Below, piece after piece: positions 30,682-40,037 of a stretch of 64,000 nucleotides of DNA (its first letter is position 1; each line of letters opens with the position of its first letter). The DNA is from Eubacteriales bacterium. GTDB taxonomy: Bacteria; Bacillota; Clostridia; Christensenellales; CAG-314. The notes below the pieces were generated by a model. That model saw only the letters and a program-made list of their open reading frames with translations, was not told where the DNA came from and ran no database searches. The position numbers were made by a program, and so were the translations under genes. The stretch covers positions 17,981 to 81,980 of the forward strand of contig DAOTGG010000001.1 of assembly GCA_035446985.1 (NCBI GenBank), given 5' to 3'.

Positions 30682-31257
30682 ATGAATTACGCAAACGAAA
30701 ATATCGAAATTATATTTATGGATTTAGACGAACGTATAAATAAATCTATCGATTTTATGAAAAACGAGTTCAGCACAATGCGCGCGGGCAGAGCAAACCC
30801 GAAACTCATTGAAAAAATTATGGTGGATTATTACGGCGCGCCCACTCCTATTAACCAAATGGCGAATATCTCAAACCCCGAAGCAAGATTATTGAATATT
30901 TCCGTTTGGGATAAATCAATGTTGGGAAAAGTAGAAAAGGCGATTCTTGCCGCGAATATCGGCGTAACTCCGCAAAACGACGGCGTATTAATCCGCCTTG
31001 TTTTCCCCGAGCTTACTCAGGAACGCCGTATGGATCTCGTTAAGCAGGTTAAAAAACTCGCCGAAGACACAAAAGTTTCCATTCGTAACGTAAGACGCGA
31101 ATGTATGGAAGCGTTAAAAAAAGAAAAAGCTGCAAAAACCGTATCGGAAGACTTAATAGCTGATTACGAAACGGAAGTCGACAAAATCGTTTCAAAAAAT
31201 ATCGAAGCTGTCGATACTTTAGCAAAGGACAAAGAAGCCGACGTTATGTCAGTTTAA
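30682..31257 (+). CDS. frr: Ribosome recycling factor
   Basis: 191 aa. MRAGRANPKLIEKIMVDYYG, LTQERRMDLVK. AGGAG RBS. Confidence 0.95.
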   Translation: MNYANENIEIIFMDLDERINKSIDFMKNEFSTMRAGRANPKLIEKIMVDYYGAPTPINQMANISNPEARLLNISVWDKSMLGKVEKAILAANIGVTPQNDGVLIRLVFPELTQERRMDLVKQVKKLAEDTKVSIRNVRRECMEALKKEKAAKTVSEDLIADYETEVDKIVSKNIEAVDTLAKDKEADVMSV

Positions 31258-31260
31258 TAA

Positions 31261-31455
31261 ATGCAAAACTTAGACTTAATTGGGCTTGAATTGTCTCATG
31301 CCGAAGCCAAACTATCCGGCGAGAAATTCAAGCTTGTTTATTATACAAGCGATAAACAAAAAATTTTCGATAAGGAGCTTGTAATAAGGGTGAAGAGAAA
31401 TTCCGAAGGATTGGTGCTGACAATCGGACGGTTTTTGTTTAAACCCGAAGAATGA
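31261..31455 (+). CDS. Hypothetical 64-aa protein filling the frr-uppS gap
   Basis: The ORF fills the gap exactly (ATG 3 nt after the double TAA of frr; stop 4 nt before the uppS ATG). No SD, so it would need translational coupling. Weak PASTA-like residue pattern. Coding status uncertain. Confidence 0.4.
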   Translation: MQNLDLIGLELSHAEAKLSGEKFKLVYYTSDKQKIFDKELVIRVKRNSEGLVLTIGRFLFKPEE

Positions 31456-31459
31456 AAAT

Positions 31460-32140
31460 ATGAACAATCTGCCAAAACACATAGCGTTTATTATGGACGG
31501 TAACGGTAGGTGGGCGAGCATGCGTGGTATGCCGCGCGCTTACGGTCACAAAAAGGGCGTGGAAACCGTTGAGCTTGTCATTGACCATTGTCTGAAAAGG
31601 GGTATAAGTTACGTAAGTTTGTACGTTTTTTCCACAGAAAACTGGAAACGCCCCACGGAAGAAGTAAACGGATTATTTGACTTGGCAAAAAGATATTTTG
31701 TAAAACTAACCGATTTTCGCAAAAAAAATATAAAAATAGTAGTTTCAGGCGAAGCGAAAGGTCTGCCCAGCGAACTTAACGCCGAAATAAAAAAAGCTGA
31801 AAAAGAAACTGAAAACAACACCGCAATGACCGTTAATCTTTGCATCAATTACGGCGGAAGAACTGAAATAGTAAATGCTGTAAACGAAGCGATAAAAAAC
31901 AGGGAAAAGATTATTAACGAAGACGTGTTGCGAAAATATATGTACCGAGATTTGCCCGACCCCGACATAATCGTGCGAACAGGCGGACATATGCGACTTT
32001 CAAATTTTCTTTTATTTCAATCGGCTTATTCGGAGCTGTTTTTCACAGATATTCTTTGGCCTGACTACTCTGCAAAAGACATAGACGACGTGTTGGATAT
32101 TTACTCCAAACGTCAACGTAATTACGGGGGATTAAAGTAA
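31460..32140 (+). CDS. uppS: Undecaprenyl diphosphate synthase
   Basis: 226 aa. HIAFIMDGNGRWA and RTGGHMRLSNFLLFQSAYSELFF motifs. Confidence 0.95.
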   Translation: MNNLPKHIAFIMDGNGRWASMRGMPRAYGHKKGVETVELVIDHCLKRGISYVSLYVFSTENWKRPTEEVNGLFDLAKRYFVKLTDFRKKNIKIVVSGEAKGLPSELNAEIKKAEKETENNTAMTVNLCINYGGRTEIVNAVNEAIKNREKIINEDVLRKYMYRDLPDPDIIVRTGGHMRLSNFLLFQSAYSELFFTDILWPDYSAKDIDDVLDIYSKRQRNYGGLK

Positions 32141-32142
32141 AA

Positions 32143-33057
32143 ATGCTGAAAAGAACGCTGACGGGCATAGCTATAGCTACAGTCTTTATCGGCGTATTGC
32201 TATTGGGCGAATTTGTCGACAGAGCGATAATGTCCGCTTTTTTGTATATCGTTGTGGCGATTTGTATAATAGAAGTAAGACACGCTTTGGGCGAAAGGAT
32301 TCCGCGCGAATACAACGCGCTTATTTGGGCGTACGCCGCTTTATACGGGCTTCCATATTTTTTCTTCGGTTTTCGCGGTATAGTATTTCTTACAATATTA
32401 GCGTTTTTAATTGCTTGCCTTATCGCCGTTTTTAACAACCACAAAGACGGAGTGCTGCAAAACGTAGCGTTTATTCTTATTTATCCCGGTATATTGCTTT
32501 CAACTTTGCTTTATATTAACCGTAGCGCAAGCACTCGGCTTATCGTTGAAGGCGACCCTGTCTTCGACCTTGTCGTAACATCTTTGTGGCGCGGCGAACA
32601 GCTTTTGCCCTACAATACCGTGGGGTTGGCGCTTGTATTTTGCGTTTCCTGGTTTACCGACAGCGGAGCGTATATTTTCGGTATGAACTTCGGCAAACAT
32701 AAACTCTGCCCGAAAGTCAGCCCGAATAAAACCGTGGAAGGCGCGCTCGGCGGATTACTCGGCGGTATGCTCGGTTCTGCGTTCGTGTTTATACTTTTTG
32801 AGCTTAACATTTTCGGCGTATTCGCTTCGGGGTTACCTGTAAAAATGAGTTTGAAAATACTGGATTATGTGTTGATAGGATTTTTCGGCTCAATTTTAGA
32901 CCAGTTGGGGGACTTGGTGGCGAGTTTAGTAAAAAGACATTGCGGAATAAAAGATTATTCAAATCTTTTGGGTTCGCACGGCGGTTTTATGGACAGATTT
33001 GACGGCATAATGTTCACGTCGTGTTTTGTCGCCGCCATATACGTGTTTATTTTATAA
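32143..33057 (+). CDS. cdsA: Phosphatidate cytidylyltransferase
   Basis: 304 aa polytopic membrane protein. CDS signature KRHCGIKDYSNLLGSHGGFMDRFDG. Confidence 0.85.
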   Translation: MLKRTLTGIAIATVFIGVLLLGEFVDRAIMSAFLYIVVAICIIEVRHALGERIPREYNALIWAYAALYGLPYFFFGFRGIVFLTILAFLIACLIAVFNNHKDGVLQNVAFILIYPGILLSTLLYINRSASTRLIVEGDPVFDLVVTSLWRGEQLLPYNTVGLALVFCVSWFTDSGAYIFGMNFGKHKLCPKVSPNKTVEGALGGLLGGMLGSAFVFILFELNIFGVFASGLPVKMSLKILDYVLIGFFGSILDQLGDLVASLVKRHCGIKDYSNLLGSHGGFMDRFDGIMFTSCFVAAIYVFIL

Positions 33058-33059
33058 AA

Positions 33060-34157
33060 ATGAGAAAAATAGCCATACTCGGCAGTACGGGCTCCATTGG
33101 AACTCAGACTCTCGAGGTAATAAAAAAATATTCCGACAGACTTAGCGCGGTTTCGCTTGTAGCTTACAAAAACAGTAAGATGCTCGAGAGACAATACGCT
33201 GAGTTTTTGCCGTCTTATACGGGTTTGATATCCCGTGACGACAACGCTTTGATAAAGGCTGTGAGTAACGGCGCAGATACGGCTGTTATCGCCACAAAGG
33301 GAATTACAGCTTTAAAAGCGGTATTATTTTGTCTGGAAAACAATATTGATGTGGCATTGGCAAATAAAGAAACGCTGGTAGCGGGCGGAAAACTCGTTAC
33401 CGACGCGATGAAAAAGTCAAAATCGAGAGTAATACCCGTCGACAGCGAACACAGCGCGATACTTCAATGTATTCAAAAGGCAAGACAAACGCCTAAACGC
33501 TTGATATTGACTGCAAGCGGTGGTGCGTTCAGAGATAAAACGGCGGAAGAATTAAAAACCGTGGATTACCGCTCAGCTTTAAAACACCCGAACTGGAAAA
33601 TGGGAGAAAAAATAACTATCGACAGCTCAACGATGTTCAATAAAACGCTGGAAGTAATAGAGGCGGAATGGTTCTTCGATATTCCGCGCGAAAATATAGA
33701 TATATTGATAAACCCGCAAAGCGTGGTGCATTCTTTAATCGAGCTTAATAGCGGCGAATATTTGGGACAGGTATCCCAGCCCGATATGCGCTCAGCGATA
33801 GAGTTCGCTCTTTTTTACCCGTCCACTCCGCAGAATATACGCGAAATAGATATGAATAACGGCGAGTTCGAGTTTTATAAACCCGATTCAAAAAGATTTC
33901 CGTGCGTGACTTTGGCTTACGACGAATTACTGCAAATTCCGCTAATGCCTACGATTATGAACGCCGCGAACGACGTGTGCGTTGAAATGTTTAAGAGAAA
34001 AATATTATCTTTTTGCGACTTTTGGAATATCATACATACTGTCTGCGAGCGTTTTGCGGCGGAACTGCCGAGACGCGAACTTACGCTCGACGCTATCGAG
34101 TATTACGACGAACTGGCAAAACTTTACACAGAAAACATTATAAGGAAAAGTAAATGA
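33060..34157 (+). CDS. dxr: 1-deoxy-D-xylulose 5-phosphate reductoisomerase
   Basis: Start trimmed to ATG 33060. MRKIAILGSTGSIGTQTL, PVDSEHSAI, NWKMGEKITIDSSTMFNK. Confidence 0.95.
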   Translation: MRKIAILGSTGSIGTQTLEVIKKYSDRLSAVSLVAYKNSKMLERQYAEFLPSYTGLISRDDNALIKAVSNGADTAVIATKGITALKAVLFCLENNIDVALANKETLVAGGKLVTDAMKKSKSRVIPVDSEHSAILQCIQKARQTPKRLILTASGGAFRDKTAEELKTVDYRSALKHPNWKMGEKITIDSSTMFNKTLEVIEAEWFFDIPRENIDILINPQSVVHSLIELNSGEYLGQVSQPDMRSAIEFALFYPSTPQNIREIDMNNGEFEFYKPDSKRFPCVTLAYDELLQIPLMPTIMNAANDVCVEMFKRKILSFCDFWNIIHTVCERFAAELPRRELTLDAIEYYDELAKLYTENIIRKSK

Positions 34158-35332
34158 TAAATATGCTTCTTTTCGCGACGTTCTCGCAAATAATGAGTAA
34201 AATACTTTATATTCTTGTTGCGCTGGTGATTTTGATGTTTATGATCACCATTCATGAACTCGGTCATTATACGGCGGGAACTTTGTTAGGCTTTAAAATA
34301 AACGAATTCGCGATAGGCTTTGGTCCGAAAATTTTTTCTCGCAAAAATAAGAAAAACGGACAAATTTTCTCCATCCGAGCGTTGCCTTTGGGCGGAGCTT
34401 GCTCTTTTGAAGGAGAAGACGAGGAAAATCCGTCTTCCGCGGCGTTTAATAATCAAAAACCTTGGAAAAGGCTCATCGTTCTTTTTGCGGGCGCGTTTTT
34501 CAACTTTTTGTCCGCTGTGCTTATCGCCGTTATCGCTTTTTCCGCTATCGGCGAACCGGTACTGACAATAAACAATATTTATCAGTCTTCACCCAATTAC
34601 CAAAACGGCACGATTGAGGAAGGCGATATTTTGTATGCTGTGGACGGCACAAAAGTTTACCTTACCAACGAATACGCCGATATGATAGCAAACTCGGGCG
34701 AAACTTTGGAAATTACCGTTTTTAGACCAGACGAAGGCGTAATAGTAAAGTATTTTAACGATGATTATGGCGAGTTTTTGACCTTTACGGTGCAAAAAGG
34801 CGATATCACCGCGCAAATATTCAACGAAGATACCCAAACGTACGAAGACTACGTTTTTCACGGTATCGGAATTCAAACAGCTTATTACGGCTATATAGAC
34901 CCCGCAAATCCCGACGTATACGCCCAAATTTATAAGGTCAAGTATACTTTCGGACAGTCGCTGGGTAGAGCTTTGCCGTATTGTCTAAGAGTCGGAACGG
35001 TTATTTTAAAGACGCTTGGCAAACTGTTCACAGGCGGCATAGGACTTGATTCCGTCGGAGGACCGATAACCACAATCGACGTTATGAGCCAGGTCGCCGC
35101 AAACGATTTTGCAAATATTTTCTATCTTATTATGATGATTTCGGTCAACCTTGCGGTATTCAATTTACTGCCGCTGCCCGCCCTCGACGGCGCGCGAATG
35201 GTTTTCGTTATTGTCGAATGGATAAGGGGCAAACCTATAAACCGCAAAATAGAAGCGGTAATCCACTTTATTGGACTGGCGTTATTGCTCGTTTTCGTCA
35301 TATTGATAGATATTTTGCATTGGTTCGCATAA
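34154..35332 (+). CDS. rseP: RIP metalloprotease RseP/RasP (site-2 protease, M50)
   Basis: 392 aa. HELGH zinc motif within TM1, a PDZ-like middle region, NLLPLPALDG. ATGA overlap with the dxr stop. Confidence 0.85.
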   Translation: MINMLLFATFSQIMSKILYILVALVILMFMITIHELGHYTAGTLLGFKINEFAIGFGPKIFSRKNKKNGQIFSIRALPLGGACSFEGEDEENPSSAAFNNQKPWKRLIVLFAGAFFNFLSAVLIAVIAFSAIGEPVLTINNIYQSSPNYQNGTIEEGDILYAVDGTKVYLTNEYADMIANSGETLEITVFRPDEGVIVKYFNDDYGEFLTFTVQKGDITAQIFNEDTQTYEDYVFHGIGIQTAYYGYIDPANPDVYAQIYKVKYTFGQSLGRALPYCLRVGTVILKTLGKLFTGGIGLDSVGGPITTIDVMSQVAANDFANIFYLIMMISVNLAVFNLLPLPALDGARMVFVIVEWIRGKPINRKIEAVIHFIGLALLLVFVILIDILHWFA

Positions 35333-35360
35333 AAGTTATGACAAATATAGGTCAAAAAAA

Positions 35361-36398
35361 ATGAAAACGAAAGAAATAAAAATAGGAAATATTAGTATTG
35401 GCGGCGGCAATAAAATAGCCATACAGTCTATGACAAACACGCCGACAACGGACGTTGACGCTACTTGCGAGCAGATTTCGCGGCTAATTAACGCTGGCTG
35501 CGATATAGTAAGAGTCGCCGCGCCGAACGCGCAAGCCGCTCGCGCTATTAAACAGATAAAGAATTTTTGCACGATACCGCTTGTCGCGGACATTCATTTC
35601 GATTACAAACTCGCGGTTACGGCTATAGAAAACGGCGCGGACAAAATACGCATTAACCCTGGCAATGTGCCTATTAAAGGTCTGGACGAGATTATTGACT
35701 GCGCAAAAAGTCATAAAATAGCTATTAGACTTGGCGTAAACAGCGGTTCCGCAGATAAAAATTTGCTGGAAAAATATAAAGACAAAAATCTTGCCTTAGT
35801 TGAAAGTTTGCTCTCGTACGTCGATTATTTTGAGAAAAAAGGCTTTTACGACATTGTGCTTTCGATAAAATCTTCCAACGTGCGTGAAACGGTGGAACTT
35901 AACAAGCTTATCTCGTCAAAGCGCGATTATCCGCTTCATATAGGGCTTACCGAAGCGGGCGTACCCGAAGTCGGTATCGTAAAAAACAGCGTTGCGATTG
36001 CGGAACTACTGTCGCAGGGCATAGGCGATACGATAAGGGTATCCCTAACCGCCGATCCTGTAAAAGAAGTTTTTGTCGCGAAAGAAATTTTGCGAAGTCT
36101 AGGACAAAAAGTTAACGGCGTGGAATTCGTGTCATGCCCAAAATGCGGAAGATGCGTAATCAACTTGGAAGAAATAGCGTCGGTCGTTTACGACCACGTT
36201 AAAAATATTAATAAGAATATAAAAGTCGCCGTTATGGGCTGCGAAGTCAACGGTCCCGGCGAATGCGCCGATGCGGACATTGGTCTTGCGGGCGGCAAGA
36301 AAATTTCATTTTTCAAACACGGCAAAATTTATAAAACGGTGGAGCAGGAAAACGCCGTGGAAGAATTTTTGAAAGAAATAGACGGTATTACGAAATGA
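35361..36398 (+). CDS. ispG: 4-hydroxy-3-methylbut-2-en-1-yl diphosphate synthase
   Basis: 345 aa. IQSMTNT, RINPGN, VSCPKCGRC, MGCEVNGPGE. Confidence 0.95.
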   Translation: MKTKEIKIGNISIGGGNKIAIQSMTNTPTTDVDATCEQISRLINAGCDIVRVAAPNAQAARAIKQIKNFCTIPLVADIHFDYKLAVTAIENGADKIRINPGNVPIKGLDEIIDCAKSHKIAIRLGVNSGSADKNLLEKYKDKNLALVESLLSYVDYFEKKGFYDIVLSIKSSNVRETVELNKLISSKRDYPLHIGLTEAGVPEVGIVKNSVAIAELLSQGIGDTIRVSLTADPVKEVFVAKEILRSLGQKVNGVEFVSCPKCGRCVINLEEIASVVYDHVKNINKNIKVAVMGCEVNGPGECADADIGLAGGKKISFFKHGKIYKTVEQENAVEEFLKEIDGITK

Positions 36399-37948
36399 TT
36401 TTAGAAACCTTAATAAAACTCGATACAAAATACAAGGATTTGCGGTTGCGAAAAACGGTATTTAACCAGCGCAAACGTACCGTTGAGTACGTTTTTTCTT
36501 TTCCCGCGCCGATGTCGGCTGTGGAAAAGGAGGACGTCAACAAGACCGCCCGCGCGTTATCTCCACACGGACTTAACGTGGAAACGAGTTTTGAAGTTGA
36601 TAATTTTGACGCAAACTCGATTAAAGACGAAATTTTGAGTTACGTTTCAAAAACTTTTCCTTCATTGTCTTACCGCAGCGAATTTGTCGTCAATTGTATA
36701 GACGACGGAGAAAAAACTGTAAAAGCCAATTTTTGCGCCGACGAGCTTACTTGCAAGGTAATAGAACAAAACGAACTCGTTGTTCTTTTGCAAAAATATT
36801 TTGAGTCTGTAACAACGACAAAAGTTTTTTTTGATATAACGACCGTGACAAAAGAAATCGACACCGAAACTTTGCTGCAAAAAGTCGAGGCGTATCAATC
36901 CCGTGAAATAGAAATTCAACTATCAAAACCAAAACGATTTTTCACCGTCACAGATACGATTCAGCTAATCGGCAAAAGCATCGACTCGACTGCGCGTTAC
37001 ATATCCGACGTTACCGCCCCAGTCAAAAACTGCGTAATTTGCGGTGCGGTCTGCAATAAAAAATGTTATCCGACCAAAAATCCAGACCTCGCAGTATGCA
37101 AAATAGATTTAGCCGACAAAACCGGTAAATTCCCGATTGTATTCTTTGCGGGTAAAGACGCTCGAAAAAAATACGAGCTAATTTCCGACGGCGACGAACT
37201 CATTGTTTCGGGTCCCGTCAGTATAAATAATTACAGCGGTCAGCTGGAATTAAAGGCTTACAATATTTCAAAGTGCAATATCATCGAAGAGCCTGAACAA
37301 GCGCTCGTAAGACCAGAGCCGCCCGAATACATAACAGTTTTCCCGCAAAAAATCTATTACGCCGAGCAGTTAAACCTTTTGTTTGCAAAGAGCCGAGAAA
37401 AGGGTTTTTTGGACGGAAAAGACGTGGTGGTGTTCGATTTGGAAACGACAGGTCTCAAATTTTTGCAGGACAAAATAATCGAAATCGGCGCGATAAAAAT
37501 CCGCGACGGACAAATAATAGAATCTTTTTCCACGTTTATCGACCCCGAAACGGAAATACCGAGCGAAAGCACCGCAATCAATAATATAACTGATGAAATG
37601 GTGTTAGGTCAGCCGATTTTTTCCGCCGTCGTGGGAGATTTTTACAAATTTACCCGAAACAGCGTGATAGTGGCGCACAACTTGGAATTTGATTATGGTT
37701 TTTTGAAATACAACGCCGCGTTCAGCGGTTACGATTTTGATAACGAGCGTTACGATACGATAGAGCTTATGCGTAAACTTATCACAGGCGGCAAATACAT
37801 AGGCAAAAAACCCGTAAATTACAAACTTGCCACAGTAGCGAAATCGCTAGGACTTGATATTGGAAACCTGCACCGCGCGCTTGACGACGCTCTTTTGACT
37901 GCCCGCGCGCTCCTAAAAATGTTTGACCATGATCCCAATTTGATATAA
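36395..37948 (+). CDS. PolC-like protein: N-terminal region + OB fold + DEDDh 3'-5' exonuclease, without PHP or polymerase core
   Basis: 517 aa. OB-like segment (VICGAVCNKK...CKIDLADKTGKFPIVFF...ELIVSGPVSINNYSGQLEL) and exonuclease motifs VVVFDLETTGL, IIEIGAIKI, VAHNLEFDYGFL, HRALDDALLTARALLKM resemble those of PolC. It sits between ispG and rimP, where Firmicutes carry polC. Confidence 0.8.
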   Translation: MILETLIKLDTKYKDLRLRKTVFNQRKRTVEYVFSFPAPMSAVEKEDVNKTARALSPHGLNVETSFEVDNFDANSIKDEILSYVSKTFPSLSYRSEFVVNCIDDGEKTVKANFCADELTCKVIEQNELVVLLQKYFESVTTTKVFFDITTVTKEIDTETLLQKVEAYQSREIEIQLSKPKRFFTVTDTIQLIGKSIDSTARYISDVTAPVKNCVICGAVCNKKCYPTKNPDLAVCKIDLADKTGKFPIVFFAGKDARKKYELISDGDELIVSGPVSINNYSGQLELKAYNISKCNIIEEPEQALVRPEPPEYITVFPQKIYYAEQLNLLFAKSREKGFLDGKDVVVFDLETTGLKFLQDKIIEIGAIKIRDGQIIESFSTFIDPETEIPSESTAINNITDEMVLGQPIFSAVVGDFYKFTRNSVIVAHNLEFDYGFLKYNAAFSGYDFDNERYDTIELMRKLITGGKYIGKKPVNYKLATVAKSLGLDIGNLHRALDDALLTARALLKMFDHDPNLI

Positions 37949-37952
37949 ACGC

Positions 37953-37980
37953 TTGCATTTTTTTGGCAATTGTGATAATA
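37953..37980 (+). promoter_or_regulatory. Candidate sigma-A promoter for rimP-nusA-infB operon
   Basis: TTGCAT at 37953-37958. TGtGATAAT at 37971-37979 gives a 15-nt spacer; overlapping ATAATA and TAATAT give 16-18 nt. Register is ambiguous. Confidence 0.35.
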
Positions 37981-38058
37981 TCAAGATACTTAAAGTACTT
38001 TTCTTACCGAGAGTGGGTTTTGCCCGCTCTCAACTTATTGTAAGGAGGTAAATGTAAT

Positions 38059-38517
38059 TTGAGTAAAGTCACAGAGATGGTATACAATTTAGCGAAACCT
38101 ATTGCGGACGAGTTTGGTCTTGAGCTTGTGGAAGTTAATTACGAAAAAAAACACGACGGTATGAATTTGACTTTGGTTATAGACAAAGAAGGCGGAGTGG
38201 ATATTAACGACTGCGAAAAGCTTCACAGGGCTATCGACGAACCGCTAGACCAGCTTAATCCTACCGACGATCATCCGTATATACTTAACGTTTCGTCGCC
38301 GGGACTGGATAGACCGCTAACTAAAACTAGAGATTTTGAAAAAAATATAAATAAAACTATCATCGTAAAACTGTACGCGCCTATTAACGGCAAGAAAACG
38401 TACACGGGTACGCTTGTTTCATTTGACGAAACCGTCTTTACGATTGACGTTTCGGGCGAAAAAGTCACGTTCGACAGGGCGAAGACCGCCAGCGTAGTTC
38501 CTTTTATAAAATTTTAG
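38059..38517 (+). CDS. rimP: Ribosome maturation factor RimP
   Basis: 152 aa. TTG start 10 nt after the AAGGAGG RBS (alternative in-frame ATG at 38076). LVEVNYEK...LTLVIDK...SSPGLDRPL motifs. Confidence 0.85.
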   Translation: MSKVTEMVYNLAKPIADEFGLELVEVNYEKKHDGMNLTLVIDKEGGVDINDCEKLHRAIDEPLDQLNPTDDHPYILNVSSPGLDRPLTKTRDFEKNINKTIIVKLYAPINGKKTYTGTLVSFDETVFTIDVSGEKVTFDRAKTASVVPFIKF

Positions 38518-38539
38518 CAACTGATTTGGAGGAAAATAA

Positions 38540-39739
38540 ATGATTAACAAAGATTTTTTTGCCGCTTTGGAAGATCTTGAAAATGAAAAAGGCATCGACC
38601 AAGCCGTCTTTTTGAACGCGCTTGAAGCAGCTTTGGCTATCGCATGCAAAAAAAATTACGGTGAAGCAGCCGACGTTACGGTAAAACTTAATCCCGAAAA
38701 AGCCACGATAAGAGTTTTTATGTACAAAACGGTAGTCGATGAAATCGTCGATCCCGACAAAGAAATGACGTTAACCGACGCGCAGGAGATTAAAAAAAGT
38801 TACAAAGTCGGCGACAGAGTTATGACCGAGATTAACCCGAGAGATTTTGGACGTATCGCTGCTCAGACGGCAAAACAAGTAGTAATGAACTATCTGCACC
38901 AAGCGGAAAAAGATATCACATATAATCAATTTATTGAAAAAGAAAACGAGCTTTTAGTAGGCGTGGTTTCACGCGTAAAAGAAGACGGAACTTTGTTTGT
39001 CGAGATAGGCAAAAACCAAATGGAAGGCGTGCTTTTGCCCGCTGACCAAATACGCGGCGAGCGTTTTTTGCCCGGCGACAAAATCAAAGTTTTAGTAAAA
39101 AAAGTAAAAGAAAATACAAAAGGTCCGCAGGTTATGCTTTCTCGTTCCAGCGTTGGATTTATCAAACGCTTGTTTGAAAACGAAGTGCCTGAAATCCGCG
39201 CGGGAATAGTTGAAATCAAATCTATCGTACGCGAGGCTGGCTTCCGCACAAAAATGGCGGTATATAGTCAGGATCAGGATATCGATCCAGTTGGAGCGTG
39301 CGTAGGCAATAAGGGTGTCAGAGTTAACGCAATCGTTAACGAAATCGGCGGAGAAAAAATAGATATTATTCCTTGGAGCAACGATATTTTGGATTATATC
39401 GCAAGAGCTTTGTCTCCCGCAAAAGTTTTGATGGTGCAGGCTGACGAAAACTCAAAAGAAGCGAAAGTTATCGTTCCCGACGACAAACTTTCTTTGGCAA
39501 TAGGCAAAGAAGGTCAAAACGCTCGTTTGGCGGCAAGACTTACAAACTGGAAAATAGACGTAAAATCATACAGCGTAGCTATGCAGATGGGATTATTCGA
39601 CGCGGCTGATTCCGAACCGGAACCCGTTGACGCGGAACCTGACGACAATATAGACGTTTTCGACGATATTACCGAGACAGACGATATCGACGAAAACACT
39701 CAAGCGGAAGAAGAAAATAAAACAGACGACGCGGAGTAA
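38540..39739 (+). CDS. nusA: Transcription termination/antitermination factor NusA with acidic C-terminal tail
   Basis: 399 aa. S1 and KH domains (GACVGNKGVRVNAIVNEIGGEKIDII; IGKEGQNARLAARLTNWKIDV). Roughly 50-aa Asp/Glu-rich C-terminus. Confidence 0.95.
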   Translation: MINKDFFAALEDLENEKGIDQAVFLNALEAALAIACKKNYGEAADVTVKLNPEKATIRVFMYKTVVDEIVDPDKEMTLTDAQEIKKSYKVGDRVMTEINPRDFGRIAAQTAKQVVMNYLHQAEKDITYNQFIEKENELLVGVVSRVKEDGTLFVEIGKNQMEGVLLPADQIRGERFLPGDKIKVLVKKVKENTKGPQVMLSRSSVGFIKRLFENEVPEIRAGIVEIKSIVREAGFRTKMAVYSQDQDIDPVGACVGNKGVRVNAIVNEIGGEKIDIIPWSNDILDYIARALSPAKVLMVQADENSKEAKVIVPDDKLSLAIGKEGQNARLAARLTNWKIDVKSYSVAMQMGLFDAADSEPEPVDAEPDDNIDVFDDITETDDIDENTQAEEENKTDDAE

Positions 39740-39743
39740 TATA

Positions 39744-40007
39744 ATGAAAAATATTCCGATGCGAATGTGTCTGGCTTGCAGACAAATGCAGCCCAAAAAA
39801 GACCTTATCAGAGTTGTCAAAACTCCCGACGGCGACATTGTGGTCGATACCACAGGTAAAGCTAACGGCAGGGGAGCGTATTTATGCAAAAACGACGAAT
39901 GTTTAGCAAAATGCGAAAAAACAAAAGCTATGGCAAGACAATTTGAAACGGCTATTTCGAAAAATATTTATGACCAACTAAAAGAAATTATACACAGCGA
40001 AAAATAA
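39744..40007 (+). CDS. ylxR: YlxR/DUF448 RNA-binding protein
   Basis: 87 aa. PMRMCLACRQ...GRGAYLC motif. nusA-ylxR-infB synteny. Confidence 0.85.
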   Translation: MKNIPMRMCLACRQMQPKKDLIRVVKTPDGDIVVDTTGKANGRGAYLCKNDECLAKCEKTKAMARQFETAISKNIYDQLKEIIHSEK

Positions 40008-40037
40008 ACGGTTTATGTAGCGGTGGAGGTAAATGAT

